DNA of 62,305 nucleotides, counting the filler, from Basidiobolus ranarum (Eukaryota), in the NCBI GenBank assembly GCA_040143965.1. It is 8 parts of 8 records of this genome, joined end to end, with 100 filler letters (N's around TTAATTAATTAA, not from the genome) between each part and the next. Parts side by side here need not be neighbours in the genome. Positions count along the whole stretch, not along the records: positions 7,825 to 15,538 come from JASJQH010001076.1; positions 15,639 to 23,349 come from JASJQH010001077.1; positions 23,450 to 31,152 come from JASJQH010001078.1; 5 more parts are not named here. One strand, 5' to 3'. Of the stretch, positions 12,347-25,270 are shown piece after piece (positions within the stretch are counted from its first letter, which is position 1; each line of letters opens with the position of its first letter). Below the pieces are notes generated by a model, which was not told the DNA's origin, did not search any database, and was given only the letters and a program-made list of their open reading frames with translations. The position numbers and the translations under genes were made by a program.

Positions 12347-14362
12347 ATGATATCACAACTTGCTTTATCGGAAGAGTTAATCGCACTCATCATTTCACAT
12401 CTTGCACGCGAAAAACACGCACTCCATTCTTTACTTACTGTCAATAAGTTATTTTTCAATACAGTTACGCCTGTTCTATATCGAAATCCTTTCCGTGCAT
12501 GCTTTTGGGGTAACCTTTCAGAAACTAAAAACCGAGAGATTCTGTACCTTCTCTTAGCTTCAGCAAATCTTTTACCCGAACTGACAAATTCCACAACAAA
12601 AATACTGAAGTGGGACTTTACAGAATGGGAACCTCCAACTGCTCCATTTACAGTGAATTATCTAGATTACTACACCGAGGTTAATTTTTCTGAGTGGAAA
12701 GGTGTTATTCACACTCAACCATTCTCTTCCGTGCTAAGTGACGTTAGCTTTGGGTTTGGCCAAATTATCAATCACTTGTTTTGCAAGTATAATGCAGAAA
12801 AGATTAGAAGTGTTTGTTTCCCAATATTGAACATGAAACCCTACTTGTCAATAGCTTCAAGATTCTCTTCTCTGCGAAAGATCGAGTTTTATAGGGTTCA
12901 TGAGGATATACTTTTCACCAACGATCAGAATATCGTGACAATACAAGATGCGATCGAGTTTGTCAAGATTCATGTTTCCTCTTTCGGTGGAACTTTAACG
13001 GGGATAAAGATTCCGGATTTTACTGACTTGGAGTGTCATGGAATTCAGTCAGAAGTACTAATTGAAGATATCATCAATGTCCTCAAACGACCTGAGGTAA
13101 TTGAAGTGAATGACTCGTATCAATTTTGTCAGTATCTAGAAAGCCCTGGTATAGACCATATCCGAGTCTTTAAGGGCCCATTCATTTGTTACTCAGGAAG
13201 AATACGAGACTGGGACTCAGCATCTTTACTTCAGCGTTGCCCCAAATTAGAAAAAGTCCGCTTTAGTTTGAGTCGAGCAAACAGCTTTAAATGGGCGGTG
13301 GAGAGGCGTGCCGTACTCTTAGGATCCGGCTCTAAATCAAATAGTATATTAGATAGCCAACTGGCTCCTTTGCAAGATGTAGACATAATGTGTAGGCATT
13401 GTACTGCTCTTCCCATTGTGCAGGATATCGTCTATGCTTTTAGGGATACGATCAAAAACATCAATGTGATAGATACTCTACTTACTGGGCTCATCCCTGG
13501 TACTCTCTGTTGGGATTGGTTGCTACCGAACCTCGTGAAAATCCGAATCAGTGAAGCGGATTTTTCATTATTTGACATGGGATCACTCAACTTGTGTCCA
13601 TCTTTGGAAGAACTTTACCTAATAGGTGAGTACGAGTATCGTAGTAGTAGTACTGTAGCCGAATTTGGCCCAATACTTAGACTACCAAAACTTCGAAAAA
13701 TTCAATTGGAGTATGGAATATCTTACAGGTACAACCTTGCCTCTCTCGAGCACTCACCGTTACTAGAATCCCTCATACTTCTAGAAAAGGGCTCACCTCT
13801 TCCAATCCGACCAGCCGATTCACCCTGCTGGACATGGACTTGGAATTGGAGTCTGCGACATTTAAGGGAGATGTATCTGACAGGAGAGTCAGCTGCTCTC
13901 TTTCAATTCCATCTTTTGGATTCATGCCCACCGCTAGAGTATCTCAGCCTGAGCATCGAGGGATATCATCAGCTATTATCCTTGGATGAGATGACTGAAG
14001 ATTATTTAATTTTACCCCCTAGACCCATGAACCAGGAAGGATCAAGAAATGCGTCGATATTTTGGCTGTATGGAAAGTGGGATCTCTCTAAGGAGATGTT
14101 ATCTTATCTCCTACAACGATACATGCCCCATGTCACGGAAATCCATCTTAATGATATTGAGGGATTAACCGCTCTAGATGTTGTAACGGCGACCCAAAAA
14201 ATGGAGCATATCCAGTGCGTATATTCTACGTTATGTTTGACAGATACCGATATTAAACAAAGCGGAATGCATTTGAAAGAATGTATCCCGCATAGTAGAG
14301 AGGCTAGGTGTGTAAGTATGATCGGTTCCGTGAATTATCATATGGCTCATACATCAGACTAA
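12347..14362 (+). CDS. F-box-like / RNI-type leucine-rich repeat protein, paralog 2 (671 aa, intronless)
   Basis: Colinear with 9793-11823 over the full length, with long identical blocks. Confidence 0.75.
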   Translation: MISQLALSEELIALIISHLAREKHALHSLLTVNKLFFNTVTPVLYRNPFRACFWGNLSETKNREILYLLLASANLLPELTNSTTKILKWDFTEWEPPTAPFTVNYLDYYTEVNFSEWKGVIHTQPFSSVLSDVSFGFGQIINHLFCKYNAEKIRSVCFPILNMKPYLSIASRFSSLRKIEFYRVHEDILFTNDQNIVTIQDAIEFVKIHVSSFGGTLTGIKIPDFTDLECHGIQSEVLIEDIINVLKRPEVIEVNDSYQFCQYLESPGIDHIRVFKGPFICYSGRIRDWDSASLLQRCPKLEKVRFSLSRANSFKWAVERRAVLLGSGSKSNSILDSQLAPLQDVDIMCRHCTALPIVQDIVYAFRDTIKNINVIDTLLTGLIPGTLCWDWLLPNLVKIRISEADFSLFDMGSLNLCPSLEELYLIGEYEYRSSSTVAEFGPILRLPKLRKIQLEYGISYRYNLASLEHSPLLESLILLEKGSPLPIRPADSPCWTWTWNWSLRHLREMYLTGESAALFQFHLLDSCPPLEYLSLSIEGYHQLLSLDEMTEDYLILPPRPMNQEGSRNASIFWLYGKWDLSKEMLSYLLQRYMPHVTEIHLNDIEGLTALDVVTATQKMEHIQCVYSTLCLTDTDIKQSGMHLKECIPHSREARCVSMIGSVNYHMAHTSD

Positions 14363-15538
14363 GAAAGGTCAATGGATGGAAGACCTGATTACTGTGATTT
14401 TCCCCTAAGATTTAAAGATTCTTATACATGCTCCGAGAATGATCGGACAGCTATATAAATATTTTAGCAACATTTAGCCATAGATTACAGTGTTTTAGAT
14501 GCAGATCATGAGTGGTACAAGAGCTAAAAATTCCGTATGAGATATTAAATTACTAATGTTTTAATTTCCAGTTTAAGCAACACTTGTCTTTAGATATTTC
14601 TGCTTAATAAGCTCACCAGTGTATAAGATTATGACCTAGAAACATGCGATCCTGATTTTAATACTTGATGTTATTCTACACCTGCCTCAATATTTGCACT
14701 CGCCATATTTATGAATAATAATGAAGATATGATATGATCATTTATATCTGGTGAAAGGTTCGCAGTTGTAAATGGACTCTGGGTACTAATCACTTCATAT
14801 ATGTAACTACAGAATACTGTTGGACCCAATGCATTATACTTGTTTTGCCTGATATCTCTGCATTCATGATGGCCTTATACAATGTTTATGTATAATTGGG
14901 CCCATTTCGGAGCACGAAACTTAGGAGTTCATTGACTATATATTCCTCCAGGTATTCGTTTAGCTCTCAATGCTTCTAGAACTTGTATGGGATGAGTTTT
15001 GTCATAATATTTTATGCTAATACTCATTCTGATTTTCATCTCTTTCTGGCAATAAATATTTGACCTTTAGCATGTATATTGTGGGTATATTTTTATTATG
15101 CTTATTACCATCAACAAACGTATTCTAGCTGTATTCAGAGCCAAAAAATAAAATTAATTCTCCTCACTTCACTTCAACAAATGTACAGTTGTGAATAAGC
15201 ATATATAACGCCAAAATCTGAACACTATTTATCCCAGATATCAGTATGACAAAGTTGCTATATATACCATACTGCATGAAACATATACATTTTGCAAATA
15301 AATGTTTCTTCTCATTTCTGCTCACCGTAATTAACTGATCAATTTGGGCAAACATATATCAAGTGTTCAGCCTATTTAACACTGTAAACAAAATTAAAGA
15401 ATCTGTCCAGGGAATTCCCATACATGCATATACCTGATTGCTCTATATAGACATAAATAACTAAGTATTTAGTTATTTGATATTTCACTAAGATAACACT
15501 ATATATTCACAAGAAAAATTACTTAGAATATGTTTACA

Positions 15539-15638
15539 NNNNNNNNNNNNNNNNNNNNNNNNNNNNNNNNNNNNNNNNNNNNTTAATTAATTAANNNNNN
15601 NNNNNNNNNNNNNNNNNNNNNNNNNNNNNNNNNNNNNN
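15539..15638. other. Artificial contig linker
   Basis: Same 44N-TTAATTAATTAA-44N spacer. Confidence 0.98.
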
Positions 15639-15717
15639 CTACTAATATGATGCTTTTGATCTGCCACCATCTGATCCTTTTGCCGAGTCTTTTTGAATTC
15701 CCCTAGGAGTGGAGACG

Positions 15718-18022
15718 CTAAACGGCCTTTTTGGAATCTGGTTTAAGAGGACAATGGAAAATAAGGAAACCGGAAAATTCAAGCTCACTCTCAATGAAAT
15801 CTCTTTCAACGTGGGCAATCTGACTTTCGTTGAGCTGCTGTGAATTGAGACGCTTATAACCTAAAGCTAACACGCGACTACCACGTCGACTGTAGTACTT
15901 ATAGATCTCTTCGTACCTTTCAGGGACACGAGTTAACATTTTTTGTAAAACTTCGGGGGCACCTTTAACAGCAACGAAGTATTGACGACTATGACCTCCA
16001 GGAGATTGAATCTTAGAGATGGTAGACATACGTTTCAAAGCGGAAGAGAATTGGAATCTTCTAAGGATATGAAGAGTTGAGTCCTTATATTCCATGGAAA
16101 CTACACGGTCACCCTTTTCCAGATTCCATCCAATAGCTTCTAGAGAAACCTTTTCCATTGGATCACCGACTACTCCATCTTCGAGGAGAACCAAAGCATG
16201 GGCACCAGCCAAAGTCAAAATAGAGTCATGAGGAACAATCTTAGGCTCCAATAAATTCAAGGGATCTTTTCCAAGACCAGCAACACCCTCAACTACCAAA
16301 TTTTCACCAGTCAAGGTGCCAGTTTTGTCGAAGCAACACACATCTACCTTTCCAGCGAAAGGAATACGGAATGGTTCAGTACAGAAAATAGCATATCTTG
16401 CCAAGGCAACCAATGATGAATTAACAGCTAGAGAAAGTTCCATGGGTAACTCAGGAGGCACAACGGAAGTAATGATTAAGATGCAATCCAAAACCAATTT
16501 GGACCTTGTCTTGAGACCATTCTTAGTACCTTCAATCCAGACGTAGGCTGATGCAGCAATAGCAAACATCAACAAGAAAAGAATAAACATAAATGCCTCC
16601 ATATTGTTGGCCGACACTCTCTCAGTACTATAGATCATAGTACGAACAAGCTTTCCTTGGGCAGATCCAAATCCAGTACGTAAGACATAAGCGATACAGC
16701 CACCATCTGGGGCAGCATATTCAGAGCTTGGAGGAGTGACTTGTAAAATCTTAGTACCACCGAACAGCATATGGTTTTTATCAACATCGTCAATATCCAA
16801 AATATCTTCAGGATTACGTAAGGAGATTGATTCTTTGAGTAGAGGAGTAGATTCACCAGAAAGCATTGCTTCATTAACAATGCACGAGCCATCCACCAAA
16901 ATCATATCACATGGTACTGCAGTTTCTTCTGTGGATCTTACAATCGAGCATAAATCGCCAGGGATTAATTCATCAGATTGAACTTCGATCCATTTACCAC
17001 TACGACGAGCGTGGATCTTGAATGGTTGCATGGATAATGAGCGGAATTCTTTAAGGGTCTTCAAACGTTGAAAGACTACAGTTGATTCGAACACAAGCAA
17101 CATAACTAAAGTGAACAACGAGTAATACCAGTAATCATCTAAGCACCAAAGAGCCACGCAGAAAAGCTGGAATACAAAGAATGGGGCAACAAGATGCTCG
17201 GCAAATAACTCTTGGAAAGTAGGAAGTGGAATATCAAATCGATTGTGACCGTACTTCGTCAAACCAGTATGAATTGACTCTTCATTCTCCAAACCTTTAG
17301 AACTCTGAAAGACTGAAAGAGGTGGTTGATTTTCGCAAGGATATTGGAGTCTTTCAAAAGATTGTTTCTCCTTCGAATAGATATACTTCTTCTTTTGGAA
17401 GAAGAATGATAATTGCTTACCCTGTATGATAAAAGAAGCATATTAGTTAACTACTTCTCAAAAATAACATAGTTCATACTCTCTTCACCTCATCTATTAT
17501 AAGGTCACAAATTGCGCTGGATCCACGAGATTTAATAGGGGTAACTTTGATAAGCTTGGCTTGGAAAGGATCGTATTCCTTATGTGAAGAAAAGAATATT
17601 AGCAAATAGTCACATACATCTGAACATTTCAAATATACAAACTTATATGCATATTTTACTTACTCTTTTACAAGTCAATAGGGTGTAAATGTCAATACTC
17701 CATTGGCAAATCAGGAAAGAAAGTGCATGAACGGAAAGCATTGCGATGATGGAAACAAAAGTATACTCTTGAGAACCGAGGTATTCATCATATTTGAATA
17801 AATATATGTATAACCAAGACGGATAGACTGGCAAAAACGGCCAAACATATGCATGCCAGAAACGCGGCCGTAGCGTGTACAAAGTAGCGGCCGTGATGGA
17901 TTTTGAAGCAACAAGCCTTTAAAAAATGAGTTAATTTGATGAAGCATTATTGATAGCTTGAATTTCCCACATATCCTGTTATTACAAACTCATTTTACAC
18001 TTATGGATAAAGAAACTCACAT
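15718..18022 (-). CDS. SPF1: P5A-type ATPase (Spf1/ATP13A1-like), multi-exon, C-terminal half missing
   Basis: PFFVFQ, LSGES, PPELPMEL, CFDKTGTLT, FSSALKRMS and KGAPE motifs; upstream exon LRPRFWHAYVWPF. Reading frame stops after CPLKPDSKKAV. Start coordinate inferred. Confidence 0.88.
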
Positions 18023-18568
18023 TTTGTTACTAACGAGTCCACACTTCGATGGTGTAAAGAAGAGAAACTGCAGTACGTCCAAAAATTCCTGTTATTTTAA
18101 GAATAATTACTTCTCGCGCCTTCTAAATCTCCACAATTAACCGATATCCCGAGCGTTTGATCTTTTTCAATCAGATCAAATTTGGAACCATTTCTACCAA
18201 TCGTTGGGTTTATACCGTTTGTCAATCTCACATTATGCGACTAATCATCAATAATCAATAGTATATTGATTTGCTTATCCAATCAAATACTTCCAAGTAA
18301 ATACTGGTATATCTCAAGCAGACACTTTTTTAAGCAAGATTATTAAACTGAATATAGGTAGCTTCCGCAATTACAGGCCCCTAATTGAGATCTTTTCGAT
18401 ACATCAGTAAATGTGAATTAGACTACATGCTATGTTAAAATGTGTGCTTAAGATATCAAATTGGCATAAAACAAACTGCTGATATTCCACGCCTGCCTAA
18501 TATATTATTTATTCGGCGAGTGAGCATTTAGCTATCTTCTACCACAAGCTTAGCTACACGAAAGTTAA

Positions 18569-20479
18569 ATGGCTCCAAAACGTAAAAAAACTAAGAGCAA
18601 CTCTAAAAGTTCTCAGGATTCATCCAAGACTTCGAAAAAACGGGTGACACTATTAGTGTTAGGAGATATAGGACGGTCACCTCGCATGCAATATCATGCC
18701 CTTTCTTTTGCAGAGCACGGCTACTTCGTTGATTTTGTTGGCTATGAAGGTATGCTTTCTAGGTCAGCTTTAAGTGACTAGTTAAAATCGAGAGGTTTAC
18801 CTTTTTACTCGTAGGTTCACTCCCTATGGAAGGTATAACGAACTCTTCTTTCATTCAACTCCATTACATCCAAGCACCTTGGAAGCTACCACCAGGTCTA
18901 CCAAAGCTAGTTTTCCTTCTTTACGCGCCGTTCAAAGTGTTGTTTCAAATCATTCAGCTGTTCTGGATATTGCTCTTTACCATATCTCGACCAAACTATA
19001 TATTCCTTCAAGTACAGTGTGACCTTCAGATGTATTATTTTCTTTCAACTAAGAGCTAATGTTGTTACGAAATGTAGAATCCGCCTGCCATTCCAACATT
19101 ATTTTTAGCTCAATGCGTTGCTCTTTTAAGGGGAGCCAAATTGATAATCGATTGGCATAATTTTGGATATACTATACTTGCGTTAAATCTGGGAATGGCC
19201 AGCTTCGTGGTCAAATTTGCCAAATGGTAAGCAAAGATCCCTTGCACAACAAACGAATGAAACTAATTTTTTTATATTAGGTACGAAAAGGTGTTTGGGC
19301 GCAAGGCATATGCTCATCTTTGTGTTACTAAAGCCATGGCTAAAGAGCTTCAAGAAAATTGGGATATCAAGTAATTCACTTTAACTAACTTCTTCTGGAC
19401 CATATTCCCAACTCAGCCAACGTTTTTAATGATTTAGGGGAAACACTGTAACATTATACGATCGACCACCAACTCATTTTAGACGTTTATCAGTTGAAGA
19501 AATTCACCATGTAAAGTTTTTTCAATAATCGAATGTCTGCGTTTTACATATTTTGACGAAAGTTGCCCTTTAATTGTGCAGTTCCTTTCTCGACTGAATC
19601 TCCGTGAGCAATTGATTCAACAAGGAGCTGATCAAGATTGGATAGTTCGTGATCCTGGCGCTAACAGTACATTGTTGACGACAAAAGCAAAGCGAGATTC
19701 CCAGGCTCGATATATATCCGATCGTCCGGCTTTGGTTATCAGCAGCACGAGCTGGACTGAGGACGAGGATTTCTCTGTTCTACTTGAGGCAGCGAAAGAG
19801 TACAACCAAAGTGCAAGCCAACCAAACTCTGGACTCCCTAAGTTGATTTTCATAATCACTGGTAAGGGACCACTTCGTGAGATGTATGAACGGAAGATAC
19901 GAGACTTACGCATGACACATGTGTGTATTGGTACTATATGGCTATCTGCTGAGGACTATCCATATCTTTTAGGTATTCTGGAAAATGCACTATTTTGAAT
20001 TTATGGAGATTTACTTATTCACCACATTGTAGGCGCTGCAGATCTAGGTGTTTGTTTGCACAAATCGTCCTCAGGACTGGACTTGCCGATGAAAGTAGTT
20101 GAGATGTTTGGCTGTGGACTCCCTGTTTGTGCGATTAACTTTCATTGGTATATCTACTCTTAACTCTATCGAATCATACCACGTGACTAACCATTTTCTT
20201 TCCGTTGTAAGTCTTGATGAACTTGTGCAGCACGAAAAAAACGGCTTGATATTTAATGACCAGCAGGAGCTTTATGAGCAACTAAAGGTAAATTATCAAG
20301 ATAGTTTTGAGTGTGTATTCCCTGACTAACACTCTTTTGTATCTTACACACAGATGTTGTTTTCTCTCAAACTTGATCAGAATCCGAAGTTGGAGCAGAT
20401 GCGCCGGAATATCGCCCAATTTCAACGAGTTAGATGGTCTGATAATTGGAATCAAGTAGTCCGTCCATTGATCAAATAA
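18569..20479 (+). CDS. ALG1: Chitobiosyldiphosphodolichol beta-1,4-mannosyltransferase (multi-exon)
   Basis: [51 protein letters not shown] and [14 protein letters not shown] motifs across GT-AG introns. Confidence 0.93.
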
Positions 20480-21510
20480 AACCGTGATTAGAACGAACCT
20501 GTCTATGATTTGTATCTAGTCACTCAATATGAACAGTACTAGATTCGCGAATTTACATAATAAACAGGAAATGTACTGAATGGTTTGTTTATTCAAAGAT
20601 ATAGAGTTTCTACCATCTTTTTTGATCTAGCTCGCAATCCATGTTTCTGCCACTATATTCAATTGCTTTGTTATCGCAAATTTATTTGCTGCCAAATCTT
20701 AGTGTAACCAAGTGAATTTCTGACCATTATGTAAGATGAATCCTAGAAATTTCCAATAGGAAGCAAAAAGTTAGCTTAAAGAGGTGCTGATATTGAATTA
20801 GGAGAGAATGGATTATGTTCTTTTGGAGGAAGCGAGCTTAAAGGATAGTTGCTCTGCCTTCAAACTGCGAGCAAATAGATTACAGATGTTTAAATATGAA
20901 ATAAGAATTAAAATTCATGGTAATCTATTGAAAGTTCCTTCTTATTGATTGTACTGGGTAGATATTCATACAAGACCGATATTTTTGCGTTTCATGATGT
21001 CTGTCAGTCCTGGTGAATGCCAGGAATATGGAGAGGTATGTTTTCATTTTGAATTGTAACCAATAGATACATTTGTAAAAATTATAGTGCAAACGTGTTC
21101 TAGTGACAAGTAGTACAGGGATGGTGCTTAAATATTCAATATTCCGATCATCAGCATTTGCTAAAGCCATGGAGCATTTAGCTCTCAACTAAATTCGCCT
21201 AATACTGTAGTAGAATTTCACCTGCATAGCCTTTAGTTTGCGATGACAAATGTAATGCGTACAAGTCATATTTACGGTCTAACCTTTATTCATGGCTTCA
21301 CAGTTGCTACGAGGAGCTGCGACACTCCATAAGCCATGTAGTGACGATTTCAAGAGATCCTAGAAAACACTAGTTGATTAGTAATATCTCGATTACATAA
21401 ATGAAGTAGCGTGACTGCGGATTTCCCTACTGATTGTAATATATAAGTGGAATTAACGTGTAACAAGATGACAGAATATCTTATCCACGTAGCCAAGAGT
21501 AAAATACATC

Positions 21511-22724
21511 ATGAATCCTGACCAAAGTAAGTCTTCTATTTTTTTTCCTTTCAAGCGATAACATAAACTGTATCTAACTTTGATATTATGGTGTATAGTT
21601 ACGTTCACGGTTTCATACAAAGGAAATCCTTACAATATATCCCGCCCCTTGAAATCTACTGTAAATGATTTAAAAGAGCACATCTATGAACTAACTAATG
21701 TGGAACCTGAGTACCAAAAGCTTCTCTTCAAAGGTAAATTAGCAGCCTCCAGTTTAAATAGTAAAACCATTTTTTAATCCACTGCAACGTCTCAAATTAC
21801 ATCAGGTAAATTGAAAGAAGAAAATACTTTAGAGGAAAGTAACTTGATAAACGGAAGTAAGGTTATGCTACTTGCAACTTCTCCTACTCAAGTACAGAAG
21901 ATTCAAGAATTAGACGAACAAGCAGTTAGTAAAATTCCTTTTGACCGAGTGATACCACGTAATGTTCGGGTAAGTAGTGACAGTACTGTCATTTTTTCAA
22001 ATTTTGGTAAGCTGACATGTTTATTAGCCATATAAGCCTATACGGACGAGTCAAGACAATCAGTATACATTCCATCGTATTGAGGTATTGCCCGAATTTT
22101 CACAACAAGATCGAGCACACGAGCTGCTCCAAAAGCTCAAAGATGATATAGGAGTCCGAGAAATCATGAAAAAATATAAATGGTCTGTTGGTTCACTCAT
22201 CGAACTCTCTCCATTAGAACGCACGATTCTGGGATATAATAGGAATAAAGGAGAAACGGTGGCTATTCGTTTACGTACAGATGATCTTGAAGGATTTAGA
22301 AGCTATGATATGTTACTCAAGGTGCTACTACATGAGCTAACTCATATGGTTTGGTCAGAGCACGATGAGAATTTTCATCAGCTTGATCGTAAGCTCAATA
22401 AAGAAGTGGGTATGTATTGTTATATCGAATATGGTACTCCATTCTTTCTTTGCATAATGCTAACAATCGTTACTTTTGAACTCACTAGTTGAGCTGAATT
22501 GGACCAAATCTTCTGGGAAGACTCTTTCGAGAAAGATATATTTTGACCCTGACGATGTATCATATGATGATTCGACACAAAGTGGGCCAAGAGTTTTAGG
22601 TGGCGCCGCGAGAGATTCATCGCTAACAAAACGTGAGATCATTGCTAATGCAGCTACATTACGCTTAACCGCAGCTGAAAAAGAAATGGAGGAAGGATGT
22701 GGCTCTAGTAATACTAAGAAGTAG
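21511..22724 (+). CDS. Ubiquitin-like domain plus WLM metalloprotease (Wss1-like), multi-exon
   Basis: UBL-like N-terminus (TVNDLKEHIYELTNVEPEYQKLLFKG); WLM motifs LGYNRNKGE, IRLRTDD and HELTH zincin; exon 1 is ATGAATCCTGACCAAA|GTAAGT. Confidence 0.85.
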
Positions 22725-22950
22725 TGGCAACGTTTTTGTAGTCGCCATATGTAATTTTATAATATCGTTCATCACTCTCACCCTATTTTCAAACAACTTA
22801 TAATATGAATCGAGTAGCAACCTAGTATGCTTCCAATTGAAAAATAACACCACTTCAACGTTCCCTAATAGATTTGCGTTTCTTTATTCCAATATCTATT
22901 ACTTACAATAAAATAAAGTAGAATCATGCAAATTGCTCATGGTATAACAA

Positions 22951-23349
22951 TTAGCGATTGTATAATTTCCATCTAGCAAGCAATTCACGACTGGCAAGCT
23001 CCTTGGCTGGATATTCGAAGCCAAAAACGAATGGACTATAGAATATGAAAATAACAACGGTAGCCGAAAGAGCGGCGATCACTACGACCCATTGAACGAA
23101 TTCCGAGCGATTTTTGGTGAAAAAATCGATCAAGAAAGTGAACATGAAAATTGCGTAGTACAGGGCTGGGAAATAATGATGTAGGTATGTAACTCGTCCC
23201 ATTAAAAAGAATGGGAAATAATGGAAGAACCATCCCATAAACAACAGTCTTCCAACTGAAAAGAATTCATTAGATCTACTGGCATTGTCGAAGAGTTGTA
23301 TTCCTCTTTTTTGCATAGCTAAATATAATCCAGTAATAAAGCCGAACGC
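22951..23349 (-). CDS. Dolichyl-phosphate-mannose protein O-mannosyltransferase, C-terminal part (5' cut by contig end)
   Basis: GWFFHYFPFFLMGRVTYLHHYFPALY is the PMT C-terminal signature (PMT2-subfamily-like). Confidence 0.88.
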   Translation of the reverse strand, partial: AFGFITGLYLAMQKRGIQLFDNASRSNEFFSVGRLLFMGWFFHYFPFFLMGRVTYLHHYFPALYYAIFMFTFLIDFFTKNRSEFVQWVVVIAALSATVVIFIFYSPFVFGFEYPAKELASRELLARWKLYNR

Positions 23350-23449
23350 NNNNNNNNNNNNNNNNNNNNNNNNNNNNNNNNNNNNNNNNNNNNTTAATTA
23401 ATTAANNNNNNNNNNNNNNNNNNNNNNNNNNNNNNNNNNNNNNNNNNNN
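23350..23449. other. Artificial contig linker
   Basis: Same spacer. Confidence 0.98.
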
Positions 23450-24350
23450 TTTTCTTCAATGAATATGGTATCTCTGGAGTGATGGATTGATTTGTGCCAG
23501 CAATTAGGAGATGATAGCCTTTGTTCTGATATCCTAGTAGGATACATTTAATTGCCCTTTTGTCCAATTTCCTATGCTGGGGTTTAGGAATATGAGCATA
23601 TACTATTGATCCAAAAATCTGAGGTGATTTGGATTAAGCTTGTTTTGAGTCCAGATTTGAATAGAAGTTTTAGAGTCATGGTTGCTAAGTGTTGGACTTC
23701 TATTTTGGAGATATGTAGCTGTTAAAATAGCTTCACCCCAATAGGTCTCAGGCATATCTGAATCAATCAGCATTGTACATGCTTTGTCTACTAAAGTCCT
23801 ATTCATCTTCTCTGCAACTCCAATTTGTTCTGCACTATATGGAATAGTAATTTGCTGCTGAATTCCATTTTCTTGACAAAAGTTAGTCACGGCTTCATTG
23901 CTAAATACAGTTCCATTATCACTCCATAGGTATTTGATTTTTCTTCCTGTTAAGGTTGTAACCATTGCTTCATATATCTTGAAATATTGAAACACTTCTC
24001 CTTTGCTTGACAGAAGTTGTGAAACTGTGAAGTGAGATTTATCATCAATAAAGATGAGTAAATATTGTTGCTGAGTTGGTGTCCAAGCTTGCATTGGGCC
24101 AGATGAGTCTGTATGAATAAGATACAATAAATCTCTGGCTTTGCTAGCTCCTTCTTTTGGAAAAGGTCTTCTGGTGATTTTCCCTTCAATACACCTTTCA
24201 CATGTAGTAATAACTGAGGGCTTAAGATCTGTTCCAGTAGATGGGCTATTTTTATATAATAGTTTCACACTATTATAGATTAGAAGACCCAAGCACTGAC
24301 ATCAAGTCATCCAGTTTCCAGAAGTAATTGCTGCAAAGTTAGAAACAGTC
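23450..24350 (-). mobile_element. Ty1/copia integrase remnant
   Basis: CERCIEGK, IHTDSSGPM, SDNGTVF and EQIGVAEKMNRTL (rve domain); truncated by stops. Confidence 0.85.
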
Positions 24351-24849
24351 TCAGTTATTGGTGCAATATCCAGGTGAATTAGATTCCCAATTCTTGTTCC
24401 AGTTGTTACTATCAAGTCCATTGATTTGTATATGGTTACTTTTCCTTTGCTGAATTTTATTGGGAAAATATGGGCTGTTTGGAGGAACTTTAGAAAAGTG
24501 GAGTTGTGAATAGCTTTGTGAGATAATATTTATTGTCCAGAAATAAAGCATTTATACATCTTGGTGGAAACACAGAAAACTAACACTGGGGTTGTGCTCA
24601 GAACATCTGTGGGAGTAGAATGATCTATCTTTGGGGCAATTTGGATGAGCTTGAAATTTCCAATATGGATATGCTAATTCTCACATTATTCACATACATA
24701 TATAACATATGTTCGGATTTTCAGCTATGTGATATTTGACTAAGTAATGTTAACTAACTTATATGTGATATATGAAATAGTTAGGTTTACAAAGATAGAG
24801 ATAACAAATATGAAGATGACAATAAACTTCAACAGATTTTTTCCAATTG

Positions 24850-25270
24850 AGATCACAGGCAAGAAGGCAGAATTCTGCAGCATAAGTTCAAGCAGACTTT
24901 GACCCTTGTTTGAGTGCATGGAGCTTGGTGGCTGAAGTTGTTTCCTTGTACGAATCTAAAAATGTAGCTTCCAGCTCAGCAAGAAAGGCAACAAAGCTTG
25001 AAAGAAGTGGAGATTGACTTTCCATCACAGTAGCAAACCCAGATAGAGCTGTTCCTGATAATAGTGCTTCTACTAGGCCTACTTGTGCTTGGTCAGAGGG
25101 GTAGCAATGGGGATGTAACTGGATGATGAGCTTTACTTGGTTGATAAAATTGCAATAGTTTTTGGCAAGTGCTATCAAACTTATTTGATAAGGAGAACTT
25201 GGGATCAGGACTTGGATTTGTGGGATAGTTGGATGCAGCTGGATTCTGTACTTGGGCAAGAGAAGCACAA
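24850..25270 (-). mobile_element. Ty3/gypsy-type retrotransposon gag remnant
   Basis: FINQVKLII..YPSDQAQVGL..LLSGTAL..F.AFLAELEATF..ATKLHALKQG matches the retrotransposon gag pattern. Confidence 0.7.

Noticed and set aside
10444-13416. Short antisense and alternative-frame ORFs within the F-box/LRR genes (similar ones overlap SPF1, ALG1, GST and the precursor genes)
   Set aside because: Shadow ORFs of real coding sequence with no independent motifs
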